59,880 nucleotides of DNA, taken from the IMG/VR virus record IMGVR_UViG_3300008266_000061, positions 1-59,880 of that record; one strand, 5' to 3'. Positions 15,707 through 26,349 of the stretch are shown here, one piece after another. Under the pieces are notes generated by a model. It did not search any database. It was not told the origin of the DNA and saw only the letters and a list, made by a program, of their open reading frames with translations. Made by a program: the position numbers and the translations under genes. Within the stretch, counting starts at the first letter, position 1, and each line of letters begins with the position of its first letter. This DNA is from a virus (lineage: Duplodnaviria; Caudoviricetes).

Positions 15707-18103
15707 ATGATATTGCCACAGATAGTTGGTAGTGTGTTGTTTCCAAATGACAACATCCCGGAGGTTGACAAACTAAAACCAGAATACGGTCTGCGTTGTG
15801 CGCGGGCTTTATATACTCGTTTTTGTGCGGGTGGCACGTATTTTACATACACCCAACTACCCGAGATGCAGGAGACTAGAAACTACGGAGCGGGAAATCA
15901 GTCACAGGAGAAGTACAAGAATTGGTTCACTAACGGATCTCCAATTGGAACAAAAGGAATAAGTCAGGGTGAGGCTTCGGCCACCACAAAGGGGATGAGT
16001 AAGGCACAAAGAAAGGCGATGGCTAACATTAGCTACGACATTTTCTCACCAATGCGTAAATTATCAAATGTTCTTCTATCAATTCTTTCAGATAACGATT
16101 ACAAACTTGATTGTGTTTCTCTTGATAAAAACATCATCAATAAAAAGAAGCGTGACAAATATGATGTCTATGCTAAGGCGAATTTTGTAAACCCATTGAT
16201 GCGGGAGCTTGGGCTGCCCGAATACAAACTACCTTTCGTTCCTAAAGACGAGACGATGCTTAACATGGCTGAACGTCTTGGTTTTTTTAAAACTAAGTAC
16301 GAGGTGGCCTTGGAGAAACTTGCAGAGGCAGGTTTTCGTTCATCTAATTGGGCTGGGCAGCGAATGGATCTTAATCGTGACGCGATTGATTTCCATTTCC
16401 GTGCAGCAAAGATTTATAACGACCCAATTACCGGGCAAGTAAAATTTAATTACATTGACCCAGCGCGAATGGTGATGCTTTGGAACGAAGACAACCAAGA
16501 CGAGCCCGTAGCGATTGGACATATTGAGGCTGAAACCGTTCAGTCTATTTTCAGTAAACTAATTGAAGCTGGCTTCAGTGAGGAGCAGATCCAGGCAATG
16601 GCTAAGTCATACGTTCCGTACCAGACGAACGTGTCTACCATCCCGCAGTGGGCATTTGAGCGTAAGGATTCTACGACAAACCGATGGGTTTGGATGGACT
16701 TTAAGATTTACGTGTTAAAATTTGAGTACTTATCTACTGACTATAAGCAGTACGTAGAGCGCGTGAACAAGCAGGGGTACGGAAGCTATGTCCGTAACAA
16801 CAAGCCGGTAGACGAAAAGAAAAAGAATCCCAACGACACATACGACGAGGTTTCTTGCAACTACTGGTATGAGGGTTCTTATATAATCTCCGGCACAGGC
16901 CAGGACCGTATTTACGAGTGGAAGAAGAAGCCTAACCAAATGCAGAAGGGCCTTTCTCCAATGAGTTCGTATGTTGTTCACCGAATCAATGGTCAGTCCC
17001 CAACACGAAGCGTGAAAGGGTTGCTCGATGACTTGATGTTTGCGGTATTGAAGTTACGCGCAGCTGTATGGGCTGCTGCTCCAAAGGGATATAGAATTGA
17101 CGTTGGCGAGGCTGCTAACATCAAGATTGGAGGTGTGGAGTACGACCTGTTCGACCTCATGCACATCCACCGTCAGAACGGTATTCAGATTGTCGCAACC
17201 AAGTTTAACGCGGCAACCGGTAAGTATGTTTCTCAGCCGTTGACAGAAATGGATAACGGTCTCGGTCCTCAAGGGCAGGAATGGCTTGCTCAGATAGCCA
17301 ACCTACAGATGATGATTAAGGACATCATGGGCATACCCGACGCCATGGCTGCAAGTCCCGACCAGTCAGCGGAAAGGTTAGTCGGGGTAATGGAGCAGGA
17401 TTATGTTGCCGGAAATCACGCAAACTGGCCGCTCCGCGAGTCCGAGCGTCAATTTAAACAGAAACTTGGCGAGAGGATTATTCACCAGGCCCGCATAGAC
17501 ATTGAGTTTGACCCTAAGATTAGGGAGTTTTACGAAAGCATTATCGGGCAGCATATGATAAACGCCCTTGATGACATTCAAGGTCTTTCGTTGGACCAAC
17601 TTGCAATTTCGTGCAAGGTGCTTCCAAACGAAAAAGAAAAGACCGCAATACTTCAACGCGCAATGCAGATGTCACAGATGCCGACCAAGGATGGCGCTGT
17701 ACTGCTTAGTCCATCTAGCGTTGAGCGTGTTGCGCAGATGTTAAAGAATGGGGATATTGACGAGGCGCTATGGTTTATGGCCACGGAAGAAACCGAGGCG
17801 CGTCAAAGAGAACAAGAGTATTCCCAGATGATGATGCAGCAGACCATACAGGGACAGCAGCAGTCTGCGCTTGTAACCGAAGAGGCTAAACGTCAGACCA
17901 TGATGCAGAAGATGCAGATGGAGATCGCTATGCACAGGGAGAAGGCGAACCTTGACTTGATGAAGGAACAGCAATTGGCTAAGCTAAAGGCAGATGCTGA
18001 TTATCAAGTACAGGTTCTCAAGGGACAGCAGGCGTTGGATGAAATTAATCTTGAGGCAAATCTTGAGGCTGAATTAGGAAGCGAAATCACAGGTAGAGTA
18101 TAA
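15707..18103 (+). CDS. Portal protein (crAss-like)
   Basis: About 800 aa after TerL; Q/M-rich C-terminal coiled coil; TAnnTTTG elements at 15674 and 15693. Confidence 0.85.
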   Translation: MILPQIVGSVLFPNDNIPEVDKLKPEYGLRCARALYTRFCAGGTYFTYTQLPEMQETRNYGAGNQSQEKYKNWFTNGSPIGTKGISQGEASATTKGMSKAQRKAMANISYDIFSPMRKLSNVLLSILSDNDYKLDCVSLDKNIINKKKRDKYDVYAKANFVNPLMRELGLPEYKLPFVPKDETMLNMAERLGFFKTKYEVALEKLAEAGFRSSNWAGQRMDLNRDAIDFHFRAAKIYNDPITGQVKFNYIDPARMVMLWNEDNQDEPVAIGHIEAETVQSIFSKLIEAGFSEEQIQAMAKSYVPYQTNVSTIPQWAFERKDSTTNRWVWMDFKIYVLKFEYLSTDYKQYVERVNKQGYGSYVRNNKPVDEKKKNPNDTYDEVSCNYWYEGSYIISGTGQDRIYEWKKKPNQMQKGLSPMSSYVVHRINGQSPTRSVKGLLDDLMFAVLKLRAAVWAAAPKGYRIDVGEAANIKIGGVEYDLFDLMHIHRQNGIQIVATKFNAATGKYVSQPLTEMDNGLGPQGQEWLAQIANLQMMIKDIMGIPDAMAASPDQSAERLVGVMEQDYVAGNHANWPLRESERQFKQKLGERIIHQARIDIEFDPKIREFYESIIGQHMINALDDIQGLSLDQLAISCKVLPNEKEKTAILQRAMQMSQMPTKDGAVLLSPSSVERVAQMLKNGDIDEALWFMATEETEARQREQEYSQMMMQQTIQGQQQSALVTEEAKRQTMMQKMQMEIAMHREKANLDLMKEQQLAKLKADADYQVQVLKGQQALDEINLEANLEAELGSEITGRV

Positions 18104-18108
18104 AACAT

Positions 18109-19170
18109 ATGGAAAACAACGAATTAGAAAATCAGAACGAACAAGTTAACGAGCAAGTTAACGAACAAGTAACCGAACAAGTAAATGAACAAGGCAACCA
18201 GGAGGATATGCCGTGGTTTTCTTCGTATGGCTACGACAGCGAGGATTCATTTAAGAGTGAGTTTGAGCAACTAAAGTCATACAAGAGCCTTGCGGCGGAG
18301 CTTGAGGAAAGGAAGAGGGATGTTGAAGAGGGTCTAGCCTTGTTGCAAGACGCTGACGACCCATTCGCCGGCATTGAAGAGGCCCGCACAATGGTTGCGT
18401 TTGGCAAGAAAGGGATTAGTTCCTCCATAGCCAACCAAATCGTTTCTGCCACCCCGGATAGCTTGATGGAGGACCCATTGAAGGCTTTGGTAATTGCTGA
18501 AGCTGTAAAGAATCCTGACAAGTTCAAGCGACTTGGCCAATCGACTATCGAGGAAGCCATACGTGAAAAATATAACTTAGGTGATGGAGAATATTACGCC
18601 ACAGCTCTTTTAAAGTCTGACGCAATCGACGCAATCGAAATGATTGAAAAGACTAAAAAAGATGTTGAAGTTGTTAAGAATCCTTTTACCTTTGCCAAAG
18701 AGCTAAAGAGCCAGACTCAAAAACAGATTGCGGAAAGACAGACCATAGCACTTGCCGAGGCAGAGACCTACGCCAAGCAGCTGAAGGATGTCCCCTACAA
18801 ATTCGGCGATACGGAAGTTTCGTTACAAGTTTCAAACGAAGAGGTCGAATCGATTTTGAAGTCGCAGTATGCTGGCTATTTAGGTCAAGCCTTTGACACC
18901 ACCACAAAGGAAGGTAAACAAGCGGTGCGTGAATGGCTAACGAACCAAATCCTCATTCATAAGGTTCAGTCTGGGGATCTCGGAGTTCAAATTGCCAAGT
19001 CACTTACGGCTCAAACCGAAAAAAAGGTGGTACGCGAGGTCTATAACGGTCAGCCTAAGACGCCGAACCGTGTAGGCAAAACGGCTGTTGATCAGAAGGG
19101 ATTAACCCCAGCTCAAAGAGATCTAATGGAGCGCGGCATTCCTTTCCCATCGCAGACGCTAAAATCATAA
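18109..19170 (+). CDS. Putative scaffolding protein
   Basis: Acidic, helical, between portal and capsid genes. Confidence 0.6.
   Translation: MENNELENQNEQVNEQVNEQVTEQVNEQGNQEDMPWFSSYGYDSEDSFKSEFEQLKSYKSLAAELEERKRDVEEGLALLQDADDPFAGIEEARTMVAFGKKGISSSIANQIVSATPDSLMEDPLKALVIAEAVKNPDKFKRLGQSTIEEAIREKYNLGDGEYYATALLKSDAIDAIEMIEKTKKDVEVVKNPFTFAKELKSQTQKQIAERQTIALAEAETYAKQLKDVPYKFGDTEVSLQVSNEEVESILKSQYAGYLGQAFDTTTKEGKQAVREWLTNQILIHKVQSGDLGVQIAKSLTAQTEKKVVREVYNGQPKTPNRVGKTAVDQKGLTPAQRDLMERGIPFPSQTLKS
18136..18192 (+). repeat. 12-bp coding tandem repeat, five copies (NEQV)
   Basis: aacgaacaagtt aacgagcaagtt aacgaacaagta accgaacaagta aatgaacaa. Confidence 0.85.
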
Positions 19171-19193
19171 TTAACTTTTAAAAAAATACTACA

Positions 19194-20660
19194 ATGGGTT
19201 TTGTAATAAACAACCCCACAGGTATTCAGCCGTTATCAACTAGCGGGATGACCTATGGTGGAATCCAGAATAACTGGGATGCTTTGATGGAAGATTTCGA
19301 TTCGGTAGCTTATTTGCCATTTGGTGATGAGTACTGGGACGCGATGAACCAAATCATGAACGCTGTAGGTAATCGCGAGATTGCTAAACAGCCACGCGTT
19401 CGTTGGTTTGAAATGACTCGTATGGAGGCTCCTATCCAACAGGATGGAGCTGCAACAGGTTCAGCGGCTGCTGGTTTCACAGTACCTTTGACAGCCGCAA
19501 GCGCAACAAGCGTTGGTGGTAGTCCATATATGTGGCCAACTGCTGGTGACATTTGGAAAAACGCTGCAACAGGCGCTCTTTACCAAGTTGTTTCAACAGA
19601 CCCAGCTACCCCAAAAATTGTTTTTCTTCCTTTGGTTAGCACCACAACCGCTCCAACTACCGGTACTTATTTCTACTATGTAGGAAACTCAGCTCCAGAA
19701 AATAGTCAGCCATTCGGCGCTAAGTTTACATTTGACACGGTTCACACCTCTTATTTGCAAACTTTCCGTAACGACACGTTGACTAGTTCTGAAGCGCTTT
19801 ACAACCAGCTTTGGTATTCACAATTGGAGAGTGGGGTTCAGACTCCATACTCTAACTCACGCGACATCATCTACTTGCAGCGTGAACACCAAGTTGCTCT
19901 TGTAAACACCTTCTTCGCTGGTCAACCAACCGGAACTGCAAACTACCAATTACCTTCCGGTGCATCGTTCCAAACCACTCAAGGTTTGTATGACGCAATC
20001 CAGAACAACGGGTCAGGCACTAATGGTGGCTCTAGCACGGTGGTAACCACCGGTGGTGTTACTGGTCTTGATTTGGATGACTTTTATGCAATGGAGGCTG
20101 CTTTGACATCACAAGATGGTTCTGTAAAGAACTACATGGTATGGACAAGTGGTTATATGCAAAGTAAACTTGAGCAATACATTCTTGCTGGTCCCGGAGC
20201 TGTAACTCCTCTCACTTACAACGTAAGCACAAACAAAACTCAGATGGAGAAAACATTCTGGGGAGAGGGCGCTTATGCTGACTTGATGAGCCGTACATTC
20301 TCGTTCAACAACCTTGTGTTCAACAACAAGAACTTTGCGTTTGTTCGTATGGGCATCTTTGACAACCCAACTATGTTTGGTGTTGGTTCAAGCACTGCTG
20401 ATAACCAGACTGAAAATACTTGGAAAAACCTTGCGTTCTTCATCCCATTAAGTACTAATGGAGGTGTTGACGACGGTATTGGTAACATGGGTAAATATAT
20501 CCGCGTATGCCATAAGCCAGGTGCATTTATGAATATGTGGCAGACAGGTGGCCGTGCGGCGTCTAACAAGACTCCAAACTGGGAACTTGGTGTTCACATC
20601 GTATCTGAAGTTGGTTACAAGTTTGTAAACGCCAACAAATACGGTATGTTCACTGTATAA
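19194..20660 (+). CDS. Major capsid protein
   Basis: 488 aa; follows portal and scaffold; biased codon usage; strong terminator after it. Confidence 0.85.
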   Translation: MGFVINNPTGIQPLSTSGMTYGGIQNNWDALMEDFDSVAYLPFGDEYWDAMNQIMNAVGNREIAKQPRVRWFEMTRMEAPIQQDGAATGSAAAGFTVPLTAASATSVGGSPYMWPTAGDIWKNAATGALYQVVSTDPATPKIVFLPLVSTTTAPTTGTYFYYVGNSAPENSQPFGAKFTFDTVHTSYLQTFRNDTLTSSEALYNQLWYSQLESGVQTPYSNSRDIIYLQREHQVALVNTFFAGQPTGTANYQLPSGASFQTTQGLYDAIQNNGSGTNGGSSTVVTTGGVTGLDLDDFYAMEAALTSQDGSVKNYMVWTSGYMQSKLEQYILAGPGAVTPLTYNVSTNKTQMEKTFWGEGAYADLMSRTFSFNNLVFNNKNFAFVRMGIFDNPTMFGVGSSTADNQTENTWKNLAFFIPLSTNGGVDDGIGNMGKYIRVCHKPGAFMNMWQTGGRAASNKTPNWELGVHIVSEVGYKFVNANKYGMFTV

Positions 20661-20673
20661 TCTTAGTAAATTC

Positions 20674-20706
20674 AAAACCGGGAGAGGGAAACTTCTCCCG
20701 GTTTTT
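20674..20706 (+). terminator. Intrinsic terminator with GAAA tetraloop
   Basis: CCGGGAGAGG-GAAA-CTTCTCCCGG-T5. Confidence 0.85.
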
Positions 20707-20729
20707 ATACAAACAAAAAATAAAACGAT

Positions 20730-21659
20730 ATGTTATTTGATCTAAGCAACAACTCGCCTGTTGATATTCCAGGATGGGCGGAAGAAGAATTGAGAAACGA
20801 GTTTCCAGATTTTTTTCAAAACAAACGTCCAGTGGTTTTAAGAGTTAAGGACAGATATAAACTAAAGACGTATAAGGTTCCAAGTAATCAACCTGATTCA
20901 GAGCCTCGCTTGTTTATTCAGGCCCCCGGCCCATCTTCAATCAAGACAAAGGGAAACTTTTACGATAAAGAGACTGAGTCTGAATACACCCTGGCATATA
21001 CAACTATTGCCCCAACAAACATAAACGGGGTAGTTAAGTACTCAAATTCTCGTATTGAAATTGCTGACGGTTTTTCAATTCAACCCCATCAAAAAGACCT
21101 TCTTTTCTACATTCACTATATGTGTCCAATCGTAGACAATAATAAGGCTATGCAGAAGTCAGTGGATGTAAAGTACGAGTATGAAATGAAGCATGTTGAG
21201 GCCAAGACAAAAATCAACGTGGCCAAGGCTGCGCGTGAGCTTGAGAACCTCATTTATTTTGATACTGATTACAAAAACATTTTGAAAGCGGTTGATGGCT
21301 TGGGTATGGCTCCACTTCATACCGAAGATGAGACACGCGTAATGCTTCACGATGCAATCAAGAACGGAAGCGAGACCTTCCGCAAAAACGCGTTTGAGAT
21401 TCTCGGTTCATCAAAACCCGCTCAGACCAAGTCGTCAGAAGGCGAAAGTGTTCACGAGTTGGTAAACAGACTTTTGAGCGAGAATTTTATCAAAAATGAG
21501 GACGGAATGTGGTATATTCGCGACCGTAGAGGTGATGGAACAAAGTGGTTGAAATCACCATTTTTTGAGTCAGCGCAAACGGGTAGCGAAGCTGCATTTG
21601 CATTGATTGACCACCTCAAGGTAAATGAAGAATTATTAGGTAAATTAAGAAAACTATAA
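20730..21659 (+). CDS. Hypothetical protein in the crAss-like post-capsid position
   Basis: ORF track; synteny only. Confidence 0.6.
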   Translation: MLFDLSNNSPVDIPGWAEEELRNEFPDFFQNKRPVVLRVKDRYKLKTYKVPSNQPDSEPRLFIQAPGPSSIKTKGNFYDKETESEYTLAYTTIAPTNINGVVKYSNSRIEIADGFSIQPHQKDLLFYIHYMCPIVDNNKAMQKSVDVKYEYEMKHVEAKTKINVAKAARELENLIYFDTDYKNILKAVDGLGMAPLHTEDETRVMLHDAIKNGSETFRKNAFEILGSSKPAQTKSSEGESVHELVNRLLSENFIKNEDGMWYIRDRRGDGTKWLKSPFFESAQTGSEAAFALIDHLKVNEELLGKLRKL

Positions 21660-21663
21660 AAAG

Positions 21664-24255
21664 ATGATTAGCACCGTATCCCTTTCGTTTGATTTATCAT
21701 ACGTAGATCCGATAACTCAGACCGTAGTCCCAAAGGGTATTGTAACGGACTCAACCGATTACATTGGTCTTGGACTATCACCTCTTTTGGGGAAACTAAA
21801 AGGGCTTGGTGTTATCAGTTTTAATGGCGACATCATCGTCAATGAGAATACTGTTGGAAACCCCATGATTGACTTAGAAATCTGGGATTTTGCCAATAAT
21901 GGGGTTCCTACTTATTCTTTTGATTTACCACTTGACGTTAATGGAAACGTGGCAAATGGTATCTATACCTTCACCTATTCCCTGCGTGTTTTAGCAGATC
22001 CGTTTCTTGGGGTTTCCCTTGGTGGCGTGGTTACTGCTCCAAATGTGTTGACAGTTGCATCAAATGAATGGGTGTATCAGTTCCTAGAGTCAGGAAATGG
22101 AATCACTTTAATTGACGGAGCTACAACTGCTACGTCGTTGGTTTCAAGCACATCATACAATGATCCTGATAGTATTGTAATTTTAGCAACCCCTCCAGCC
22201 CCCGCTAACTACGTTATAACCTTTGAATTAACAAATGTTCAACTTAGTGGCGTTTATAGTTATTCGGGCTGTACGCAGACTACCGCTAGTGTAAACTTTG
22301 TTTACGATTGTGAGTATGACAACAGCGGCACTTGGGGTGTTTCAAATACAACTCAATTATCTTCTAATGAAGTCGTTAGCGATTTGAGTTGTACGATAAA
22401 CTATCCATCATGGACTGGATTAAATCCAAACTTTAATCCTCAAGTTTTTACAACGTCTCTTCCGTATCCGACGCTACCCGAATCAACTCCATTAGCAACC
22501 GGCACATACGGTGTTTCATTGACTCAACAAATTCAGCAAACTCAAACAGATGGGTTAATTATTCTTTACACAACATCTGTGGTTAAAGAGTTCGTTGTAA
22601 CCTGTTCGGGTTCGTTGTGTGGACTGTTGCCATGCATTGAAAACTTGCGTGCTGCACATCAAGCAGAACTCGTTAGGAATAGAGTGTCCAAGTACCAAGT
22701 ATATGTAGACAATGTCCTCTTGTATGGTACACAGGCGATAAACTACAGAAGCTGTGGGGAAATCGACAAGTATAACGAGATGCTTGCTAACATTCAAGCA
22801 AATCTCGACTCTTCCGGATGCGAATGTGCTTGTTGCGACGACGAGACATATTACTGGGTTTCAAACAATTCGGCTAGTTCTGTAATTGACAGCTTACTCC
22901 AATCGTTTCAGTTTCGATTGTTTAATCTTACACCCCCCGGACCTGGATCTCCTACACAATATGATGACGAAAGCAAGGGTGTTGAGGTGGGCGCTTTGTG
23001 GGAAAACGTCAACACGAAATTGTTGTATGTCTGCACCAACAACTCGCTCAACAATGCTGTTTGGCAACAATATTATGACCCAAACGCCCCCTTCCCCGGA
23101 TTTAACGCACAGTCTATTAGTTATGCAGGGGCGCCATTGTATCCGGGACCTACAAATGTGAAGGTCGCACTTGACGTCGCTTCTACAAACATAATAAGTC
23201 AAGGGGCGGACATTACAACCTTGCAGGGTGACGTCGTTACGCTTACATCAGCGGTTGCGGGGAAGGTAGACATTCCGGTTCCGCCAGTTGTAGGAGGAAC
23301 TGCGACTAAGGTGACATACAACAACAATGGTCTTATAATTTCTGGTACAACGCTTTCGGCCTCAGATATACCGGCAGGTGTTGACGCTGCTAAGATTTCT
23401 ACGGGATTAGTTAGCAATACAGAGTTTGGGTATTTGAATAATGTTACATCAAACATTCAAACTCAATTAAATGGCAAGCTTCCATTAAATCTTACCGCCA
23501 ATACAACTCTTGACCAAAACAATTACGTTTTAACCTTTTTAACAGGCACTGCTCAGACCGATATAGCCAAGTCTCAGGGCGCAACAAGTTCTGCATCTGC
23601 CCTGACGGTACAGGCAAGAAACGCGGCTGCTGGCAATGGTTTTGGTAGTTCAGTACTGCTAAGTGGAAACATAACAGGTAACAGCACACAGATATCTCTT
23701 TCAAGGCTCTCTTCTTATTGGACAGATGCTGCCGTTGGCAGTTCCGAATTTTCATTGAGTACCACGAAGAGCAGTGTTGAGAGCGTTAAGCTTACTGTAA
23801 ACTCAGATGGTCAGTTAAAATTAACCGAGTACGACGCAACAAATTTTGTTGATCCGTCGCCTGCATATATGCTCGGTGTTGACACGCTGGGAAATGTAGT
23901 TAAGTCTAACAATCCGTTAGTATATGTAGCCCTTTTGACCCAAACAGGTACATCAAACCCGGTCGTGACTGTTATAAAAAACACCACAGGTCAAACACTG
24001 ACCTGGGATCGAGTCGGTGCCGGATATTATCGTTGCCTGACTACAGGCACTCCGTTTACTACCAACAAAACAATTATTACCATATCTTACGGGGCTGGCA
24101 GCACTGATTTTGTTGCGGGAATAAATAGCTACATAAATACCACCAGTTCAGCATACGTTTTAACAACCGGAATGGGTCCACTTGGAGCTGGACCGGCCGC
24201 TTATGCTGACGACTTGTTGGTAGCTGCTTCCGTTAAAATAGAGATTTACTCATAA
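21664..24255 (+). CDS. Virion structural protein: Cys-rich N-terminal domain plus fibre-like C-terminal half
   Basis: CSGSLCGLLPC...CGE...CECACC; fibre motifs TKVTYNNNGLI and TEFGYLNNVTSNIQTQLNGK. Confidence 0.7.
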   Translation: MISTVSLSFDLSYVDPITQTVVPKGIVTDSTDYIGLGLSPLLGKLKGLGVISFNGDIIVNENTVGNPMIDLEIWDFANNGVPTYSFDLPLDVNGNVANGIYTFTYSLRVLADPFLGVSLGGVVTAPNVLTVASNEWVYQFLESGNGITLIDGATTATSLVSSTSYNDPDSIVILATPPAPANYVITFELTNVQLSGVYSYSGCTQTTASVNFVYDCEYDNSGTWGVSNTTQLSSNEVVSDLSCTINYPSWTGLNPNFNPQVFTTSLPYPTLPESTPLATGTYGVSLTQQIQQTQTDGLIILYTTSVVKEFVVTCSGSLCGLLPCIENLRAAHQAELVRNRVSKYQVYVDNVLLYGTQAINYRSCGEIDKYNEMLANIQANLDSSGCECACCDDETYYWVSNNSASSVIDSLLQSFQFRLFNLTPPGPGSPTQYDDESKGVEVGALWENVNTKLLYVCTNNSLNNAVWQQYYDPNAPFPGFNAQSISYAGAPLYPGPTNVKVALDVASTNIISQGADITTLQGDVVTLTSAVAGKVDIPVPPVVGGTATKVTYNNNGLIISGTTLSASDIPAGVDAAKISTGLVSNTEFGYLNNVTSNIQTQLNGKLPLNLTANTTLDQNNYVLTFLTGTAQTDIAKSQGATSSASALTVQARNAAAGNGFGSSVLLSGNITGNSTQISLSRLSSYWTDAAVGSSEFSLSTTKSSVESVKLTVNSDGQLKLTEYDATNFVDPSPAYMLGVDTLGNVVKSNNPLVYVALLTQTGTSNPVVTVIKNTTGQTLTWDRVGAGYYRCLTTGTPFTTNKTIITISYGAGSTDFVAGINSYINTTSSAYVLTTGMGPLGAGPAAYADDLLVAASVKIEIYS

Positions 24256-25004
24256 TGACTACTAACCTCGGTCAAATATATGATGAGCTTCTCTTCAGGG
24301 CCGGAAAGGATCTGAGGGGCGGCTACATCACGCCCGACGACTTCAATCGGGCTATCAAGATTGTCAATCAACGTTACTTAAACACGCTTGTGGACAACTT
24401 TGAAAAGGACCGAGAGATTACAAGCGACCTTCAGACGTTCATTAAGACTTTAGGTTCACCGCAGTACCCTGCAATGTCGTTTACTCCTGTGCTTCCAGGA
24501 CGGCCTGAGCGCGGGGGCTACGCTACAATTCCTGCGGACATTTGGTATCAGGCAACCGCAAGTTTCCTTGAGCAACTCAACGAGCAATGTTCGTATGACA
24601 CTAACTACCGCAGTGTTGAGTTTGTGAGCCAACACGAGTTTGACGCAAAGATGCGTAACTCAATCACAAGCCCGGTCGATAATCCTAGCGAGAACGACCC
24701 GATCCTTGTAACACGAAACGACAAATACTTTATCTATCCGTATATGCCACGGATAACCTTTACTTACATACGAGAGCCGATTCAGCCTGTATTTGACTAC
24801 GATATTATTAACGGAATTCCCGTATATTTACCTCCGGGTTCCGTTCATACAACAGGTCCAAACGCTGGTCAACCGAGTTCGAGTGTTGAGTTCGAATACC
24901 CCGAAAGCTGCGTGGACCACTTGACTGACTTGATAAAAACCTACGTCGGTATTGGTAACGAGAACCAGTGGAACATTCAAACTCAAATGCCAAGTAAAGT
25001 ATGA
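24255..25004 (+). CDS. Putative tail ring / adaptor protein
   Basis: GGYITPDDFN..., YIREP..P, ..EYPE; position before muzzle gene. Confidence 0.65.
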   Translation: MTTNLGQIYDELLFRAGKDLRGGYITPDDFNRAIKIVNQRYLNTLVDNFEKDREITSDLQTFIKTLGSPQYPAMSFTPVLPGRPERGGYATIPADIWYQATASFLEQLNEQCSYDTNYRSVEFVSQHEFDAKMRNSITSPVDNPSENDPILVTRNDKYFIYPYMPRITFTYIREPIQPVFDYDIINGIPVYLPPGSVHTTGPNAGQPSSSVEFEYPESCVDHLTDLIKTYVGIGNENQWNIQTQMPSKV

Positions 25005-25621
25005 TAACCAAGCGTCAGGCCATAGAATTAATACAGCACAGGTTGACTGGAGGAGATACTCCAGAGGACTTGCGTCGCTTGTACCCTCGTTCGATTATCT
25101 CTCGTGTTCTGAACCTAGCCCTTGCCGACATTGTATCACGCGATCCGTATGAGGCAAGCGATATGGCGGTTCCATACACCTTTACTATCGCTAATGACGC
25201 CAATGGTTACTATGTGACCTTGAGTCCGCAGCCCATCGCGGGAAGCATGGCAATATTTAGTGTGGAGGATCAGTCTACGGGTGACAACGGATATATAGTT
25301 CAGACCAAAGCTGAGGCCACAGCAATCAACATCCTTCGGGGTAGCAACAGGTCGGCGGCCATCCTGTTCAAGGACAAGCTCCGATTTAACAGAAAGCCTG
25401 AGGGAGATGTGACGGTTACGATGGTTCCCAACGTGTATCAGATGGATGACGACGACATCTTGGTAATCCCAAGCGACGAGACAGGCAAGGGTGAGATGAT
25501 GCTGTTCCAGATGTGTTTACAGGTTCTTTCGAATCAAGGACTCCAAGACGATTTGAATGATGATGCTATTGATGCTCAAGCGCTTGCTCGTGACACCTCA
25601 AGATTATACAATAATCAATGA
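25001..25621 (+). CDS. Putative tail ring protein
   Basis: Size, position and ATGA coupling. Confidence 0.55.
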   Translation: MITKRQAIELIQHRLTGGDTPEDLRRLYPRSIISRVLNLALADIVSRDPYEASDMAVPYTFTIANDANGYYVTLSPQPIAGSMAIFSVEDQSTGDNGYIVQTKAEATAINILRGSNRSAAILFKDKLRFNRKPEGDVTVTMVPNVYQMDDDDILVIPSDETGKGEMMLFQMCLQVLSNQGLQDDLNDDAIDAQALARDTSRLYNNQ

Positions 25622-26349
25622 CGATAAAGAACATAAAATACATCGCTACCTCTGCCCTGTATCGTCTTGGCAAAAATCCCGTTGGCCGTGAGTTGACGTG
25701 GATGACTCAGGTAGCTATCGACTACTTGAGCGAGAAGAGTCCGCTTGATGGCAACGTAAGCCTTCGGACTATTTACGGCAAGATTGACAACGGTGCGCGG
25801 GTGTTTACCATGCCCGGAGACTGCATCCGTATCTCTAAGGTGGGCTTGAAGTCGGGACGTCGCATTTGGACGCTAACTCCTGACACTTCGCTGACTTATC
25901 CTGAGAACTTCTTCCAATGCGAGAGTGACCAGAATGATGATGTGGTTCTTGACGGCTTTTTCCCGACAGGATACTTCGGGTATTTTTACAACTACCCAAG
26001 CTATACCGTGGGCGGCGGTCGCAACGAGAACTACTACCGAATAGATGGAAACAACATCATATTCAGCCATAGCATCCCGGAGGGACAGCTCGTAATTGAG
26101 TACTTCTCCAACGGCGCGGATGTGAACGAAAACACATTGATTGACACGGCCTACGCCGAGCCATTTCGCTTATATTTGATGAGTGAGTACTGTCTCCACA
26201 AGGGGAACAGTCGGGATCAGTCAAAGTACAAGGAACTACAAATTCAGTACGAGGCTGCTCAGTGGAGTGCGAATCTTTTGGTTAAGGCTCCACGACTCAG
26301 CGAGATGATTGACGCGCTTGCACAGAGTTCAGAATTTAACTTAGGATAA
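25618..26349 (+). CDS. Putative tail ring / tubular protein
   Basis: MPGDCIRISKVG...YYRIDGN.I.F...VIEY; position. Confidence 0.6.
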   Translation: MTIKNIKYIATSALYRLGKNPVGRELTWMTQVAIDYLSEKSPLDGNVSLRTIYGKIDNGARVFTMPGDCIRISKVGLKSGRRIWTLTPDTSLTYPENFFQCESDQNDDVVLDGFFPTGYFGYFYNYPSYTVGGGRNENYYRIDGNNIIFSHSIPEGQLVIEYFSNGADVNENTLIDTAYAEPFRLYLMSEYCLHKGNSRDQSKYKELQIQYEAAQWSANLLVKAPRLSEMIDALAQSSEFNLG